Shown piece after piece: positions 28,586 to 32,000 of a stretch of DNA of 32,000 nucleotides. The DNA comes from Desulfotalea psychrophila LSv54. Lineage in GTDB: Bacteria > Desulfobacterota > Desulfobulbia > Desulfobulbales > Desulfocapsaceae. Position 1 is the stretch's first letter; each line of letters begins with the position of its first letter. The notes beneath the pieces were generated by a model. The model had not been told where the DNA came from. It ran no database searches and worked only from the letters and a program-made list of their open reading frames with translations. The translations under genes were made by a program, and so were the position numbers. Location: contig NC_006139.1 of assembly GCF_000025945.1 (NCBI RefSeq), positions 89,588 to 121,587 of the forward strand, given 5' to 3'.

Positions 28586-29122
28586 ATGGCAAATATTGTA
28601 TTTATTGGCGTAAGTCTCGATGGTTACATAGCTGACAAGGATGGAGGACTTGAGTTTCTCCAATGTATTCCAAACCCTGAACACGATGAACTTGGCTTTC
28701 CTGAGTTCATGGCCAGCATAGATGCTCTACTTATGGGAAGAAACACTTATGAAACTATCCTTAGCTTTGGAGGGGAATGGCCATACTCAAAGCCAGTATT
28801 TGTTTTATCCAACTCACTCACATCCCTTCCAGAACATCTCAAAGGTAAAGGTGAGCTTATTATAAGCGGATCAGTTGAAGAAGTAACACAGCAACTCAAT
28901 CAGCAAGGATTCACGAATCTCTACATTGATGGTGGAAAACTGATCCAGAGTTTCTTGAAGCTCGATATGATAGATGAACTCGTTATCTCAAAAATACCGA
29001 TTTTGCTCGGAGGGGGAACCTCTCTATTTGGAGATCTTCAATCTCATCTCATGTTTGAGCATGTAAGTACGGAAGTGCTACTCAATGCAATTGTGCAATC
29101 GCATTATAAACGTATAAGGTAG
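28586..29122 (+). CDS. Dihydrofolate reductase-like / RibD C-terminal domain protein
   Basis: From ATG 28586: 'MANIVFIGVSLDGYIADKDGGLEFLQ', 'MGRNTYETILSFGGEWPYSKPVFVLSNSL', 'GGKLIQSFLKLDMIDELVISKIPILLGGGTSLFG'. Confidence 0.9.
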   Translation: MANIVFIGVSLDGYIADKDGGLEFLQCIPNPEHDELGFPEFMASIDALLMGRNTYETILSFGGEWPYSKPVFVLSNSLTSLPEHLKGKGELIISGSVEEVTQQLNQQGFTNLYIDGGKLIQSFLKLDMIDELVISKIPILLGGGTSLFGDLQSHLMFEHVSTEVLLNAIVQSHYKRIR

Positions 29123-29459
29123 AGAAAAGATTTAACCTGCCAACCATCAAGAGGAAGGTCAAGACTGGCCTTCTTCCTGAAAGGAGCTATCAGATAGAAT
29201 GGGTTTGCCCCAAAATGGAGTAAATGCAAAGAAGAGATAACCAAAGATAATCTTCTCCAAAAAATTGTCATGGATAAGATCAATTCTCAAATTGCGTTTT
29301 TGTTGTTGTGATGTACAGGAAGAGTCTCTACTTTTGGTCTGATATTAAATACATAGACCTTCGATATGGCTATATCAGCCCTGAATCGTAACTCTCTTTT
29401 TGAGGCCTATTCTATCCATTAAATGCAGTACCGTACGCTACTTCACCAGCAGGCAAGAT

Positions 29460-29905
29460 GTTTTCTTTATTAGCCAGTGATCGAATTAGAAAATACTCAG
29501 AAGGCACACCCGGTAATATCAGATTTTTATTTGCCTTAAAACCAAAACGACCGTAATATCCTGGCTCGCCAAGCAGCACAATGCCACCCGCACCTTGTTT
29601 TTTTTAACTCAGCAATACCGGCTTCAATCAACTGGCTGCCAATACCTTCCCTTTGACGACTTGGACTAACCGAAACAGGGCCCAACCCATACCAGTTAGC
29701 TGAAACTGCACCAATAGTCACTGGAGAAAAAGCAATATGCCCAACAATCCCCGCTTCAACTTCGGCAACCAATGATAAACTAAGGGTACCATTGTCTCGA
29801 AGCTTATTAATGATCATGTGCTCTGTGGGGCTCGCCTCCGGTTCATGATGAGGGTGATTTTCAAAAGCCTGGTAAGTTAATGCTTCAATTTTGTTATGAT
29901 CTGAA
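29460..29905 (-). pseudogene. GNAT-family N-acetyltransferase, frameshifted at a homopolymer
   Basis: 'IRFEIISDHNKIEALTYQAFENHPHHEPEASPTEHMIINKLRDNGTLSLSLVAEVEAGIVGHIAFSPVTIGAVSANWYGLGPVSVSPSRQREGIGSQLIEAGIAELKK' then, in the other frame, 'QGAGGIVLLGEPGYYGRFGFKANKNLILPGVPSEYFLILSLANKENILPAGEVAYGTAFNG'. No ATG at the expected N-terminus. Confidence 0.82.
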
Positions 29906-31090
29906 ATTATCTCGAATCTTATTTTCCTTTTTTAGTACAAACATCTGATACCCATACTGCCCCAGATATTTCTGATGTATTTCTAATTCGCTTTGAATAT
30001 CCTCAAGCGCTTGAGATGTAAAATCTCTCTGCGGCAATTGTTTTACTTTGGTAGTAAGCGGGTTGAGATAATTGCCCCACGCCTGCTTACTCAATTCAAA
30101 GCTATCAATTATTTTATAGCCAGCGTTCTCAATCAATTGATACCTGCTGGCAACCGTTACCATATCTGGATAATTTTGTTGCCAAAACTTAAGCACCTCA
30201 TTTTCTGGTGATTCAGTTAACCAAACCAAGTCACTAAATACTAAAAACCCTTCCTCTTTAATGAAAGGTTTCCAGTCTTCCAGTGCCTGTGGTACACCCA
30301 TGATATAAGCACTCCCTTCTGACCAGATCACATCAAACTGATGTTCTGAAAAAGACATATCGGTCATACTTGCACAGACGGCAGTCACCTTACCCAATTG
30401 TGATTTCCGATCCAAACTCTCCCTCAAGCAAGCCAGGCTGTATTCGTCATTATCCAACGCTGTGACAGAAAATTGAGTTTGTTCAGCAAGTAAAATAGTC
30501 ACTACACCCTTTCCACAACCTATATCGAGTAGTTCACCAGATTTAACAGGAATAGTGTTAATTGCCTGTAATGAATCAATTTCATCCCCTGGCCCTAATC
30601 GTTCTAATCCCTCAAAGATCAGCTCAAAGTCAGCCATATATTGCTCATGTTCATTCATATCTTTTGATAACCATTTAAGTCTCAATGCCTGTTTCTCGCT
30701 AAATCCTTGCTTCATTAGCCAGTTTAAGTGTGCTAAAGGGGCTTGTTTATCAATGGATTGATGCCATTCTCTCATAGAAGTCATACCCAGCATTGAGCAG
30801 AGCAGGTCTCTGGATTTTTGTTTTTGGGCTATCTCCTCATCCAGCACTTTAAGACGTTGAAGTAGCCTTTCCCTATCAATGCGTGCTTCCAAACATGCAC
30901 GACATTCTTTTAGCGTCAATCCTCCTGCTTGGAGTTGCTGCAACAATTTTAATTGCTGAACATCTTGTTCAGAGTAATTTCGGTATCCATTCGCCTGTCG
31001 TTTCGACGAAATCAGCCCGAGCTTTTCGTAATAAAGAATCGTTGAGCGACTCAATCCGACTTTGTGTGCTAATGCAGAAATACGATACAT
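29894..31090 (-). CDS. MerR-family HTH regulator fused to a SAM-dependent methyltransferase domain
   Basis: N-terminus 'MYRISALAHKVGLSRSTILYYEKLGLISSKRQANGYRNYSEQDVQQLKLLQQLQAGGLTLKEC' (MerR). C-terminal half 'GELLDIGCGKGVVTILLAEQTQFSVTALDNDEYSLACL...FDVIWSEGSAYIMGVPQALEDWKPFIKEEGFLVFSDLVW' (class I methyltransferase motif I and post-motif layout). Confidence 0.9.
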   Translation of the reverse strand: MYRISALAHKVGLSRSTILYYEKLGLISSKRQANGYRNYSEQDVQQLKLLQQLQAGGLTLKECRACLEARIDRERLLQRLKVLDEEIAQKQKSRDLLCSMLGMTSMREWHQSIDKQAPLAHLNWLMKQGFSEKQALRLKWLSKDMNEHEQYMADFELIFEGLERLGPGDEIDSLQAINTIPVKSGELLDIGCGKGVVTILLAEQTQFSVTALDNDEYSLACLRESLDRKSQLGKVTAVCASMTDMSFSEHQFDVIWSEGSAYIMGVPQALEDWKPFIKEEGFLVFSDLVWLTESPENEVLKFWQQNYPDMVTVASRYQLIENAGYKIIDSFELSKQAWGNYLNPLTTKVKQLPQRDFTSQALEDIQSELEIHQKYLGQYGYQMFVLKKENKIRDNFRS

Positions 31091-31415
31091 AAATGCCTCT
31101 CCTTTGTGAACACATCATAAACTATGAAGTTGTAGACAGGTCAAGGTTGATTGTTACTAATGTGATATTTTTTCGGTATAGATTCAAGAGTTGGTACGCT
31201 GAGAAGACAGTACTGTCAACCTGGTTCTGAAGCTTGGAACTGGAGATTTCAACATGATATCAAAGATATAAAGTTAATATTCTTCCTATGGAGATAGAAT
31301 CAGACACTTCATTGGAATTATTCAAAAATGGAGTAATTGAAAAGTAGAGCTTACCAAAGAGAAGGTTTCGATCTTCTCCTTAGCGTCGGCTTTCGTTCTA
31401 TTGGGTTTCAAAACC

Positions 31416-31453
31416 CTTATAGTACTTTTTCGTCCATTTGAGGTTCAAAGACC
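31416..31453 (-). repeat. Right terminal inverted repeat of the Tn3-family element
   Basis: + strand CTTATAGTACTTTTTCGTCCATTTGAGGTTCAAAGACC; reverse complement matches 23754..23791 at 35 of 38 positions. Confidence 0.85.
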
Positions 31454-31670
31454 GAAGACCCTTTGCCAGGAGGCTACCAGTGCTTCCGAGGGTTTTGTAG
31501 CCCTCTCAAGGCCGCTTTTACTGCTGATCGCATCGTTCCCATTCAGATCTAACCCTTGGAATCCGATCACCTTGATTTCAGTTTTAACGATATTTCATTC
31601 GAAGGAAATGAGATCCGTTTTGTCATTGAGTGGAAGGTGGATCAATTGCTGTTTTGTGAATTTTGGCAAA

Positions 31671-32000
31671 AGCTGTTTTTCTAGAGCGTACGTTGTCTAA
31701 GTTATCTTTTTGGACGCGTAGGTTGTTCACAGTGCGGTTTGTTGGTTTGTTTTGGAGTAAGACATAGGTGGGGTGGTATTTTTTAGATTGTTGAGCGCAG
31801 AGTAAATATGGGTCTTTTTGGTTTTTCTTGGAGAAGATAAGTAGGGGGTTGTTAGAAGCTGTTTTTCTAGAGAGCATGTTGTCCTTGCTATCTTTATGGG
31901 TGTCTAGGGCGCCTGTGGTGTAGCCTGGTGACTTAGTTTAAGGCGAAGCATAGGTGGATATGGTATTTTTAAGATCGTTAAGTATAGGGTGAATATGAGC
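31671..32000. repeat. Two copies of an imperfect direct repeat, period about 186 bp, running to the window edge
   Basis: AGCTGTTTTTCTAGAG occurs exactly at 31671..31686 and 31857..31872. Downstream blocks also align in register: ACATAGGTGGGGTGGTATTTTTTAGATTGTTGAG...AGTAAATATGGG versus GCATAGGTGGATATGGTATTTTTAAGATCGTTAAG...GGTGAATATGAG. Confidence 0.6.

Larger units (their letters stand above)
23754..31454 (-). mobile_element. Tn3-family transposon with decayed tnpA, intact tnpR and cargo genes
   Basis: Left inverted repeat GGACTTTGAACCTCAATTGGACGAAAAGGTACTATAAG (23754..23791). The right end, reverse-complement of 31416..31453, is GGTCTTTGAACCTCAAATGGACGAAAAAGTACTATAAG; 35 of 38 positions match. 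Both resemble Tn3-family termini (...CTCAxxTGG-ACGAAAA...TAAG). tnpA runs toward the left terminus, as expected. AAGAC abuts the left end (23749..23753) and occurs at 31455..31459 on the right. Confidence 0.85.

Noticed and set aside
23749-31459. AAGAC as a firmly established 5-bp target-site duplication
   Set aside because: The left copy abuts the inverted repeat but the right copy is one nucleotide away from the 38-nt repeat. It is kept only as a candidate, because short matches can arise by chance.
31480-31492. GGCTACCAGTGC near the transposon right flank as another JUMPstart-like site
   Set aside because: Only the GGTAGC hexamer is shared. It lies within the reconstructed small ORF and has no associated operon or GGCGGTAG core.
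1-32000. CRISPR array, tRNA or rRNA genes
   Set aside because: No regularly spaced short direct repeats with unique spacers and no recognisable rRNA or tRNA sequence were seen. The only long-period repeats are the coding duplication at 19195..19899 and the 186-bp repeats at the right edge.

Overview
This window is mainly a large minus-strand exopolysaccharide/O-antigen-type biosynthesis operon, running from about 20754 down to 1. In transcription order it reads: PHP-type tyrosine phosphatase, a secreted protein with an internal tandem duplication, a frameshifted outer-membrane beta-barrel, Wza-like exporter, Wzz/GumC-like chain-length protein, BY-kinase, TPR protein, O-antigen ligase/polymerase-like protein, NusG paralogue (RfaH-like), F420-hydrogenase-beta/ferredoxin-like protein, flippase, IS remnants, pyruvyltransferase, glycosyltransferase, EpsG/Wzy-like membrane protein, glycosyltransferase, and an edge-truncated TupA-like ATP-grasp. 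A polyprenyl glycosylphosphotransferase is encoded divergently at 21443..22885. The most interesting regulatory signal is a 12-nt sequence, GGCGGTAGCGTG, on the minus strand at 11036..11047. It is identical to the core of the RfaH ops element. It lies just downstream of the RfaH-like gene, directly behind a perfect 8-bp hairpin, and ahead of the rest of the operon. From about 23754 to 31454 there is a ~7.7 kb Tn3-family transposon. I delimit it by matching ~38-nt terminal inverted repeats; it has a decayed tnpA, an intact tnpR, and cargo of TetR/RibD-C, a homopolymer-frameshifted GNAT, and a MerR-methyltransferase fusion. It appears to have split a small ribbon-helix-helix-like ORF whose frame resumes across the insertion. 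All assignments come from reading the sequence and recalling protein families; no database search was run.
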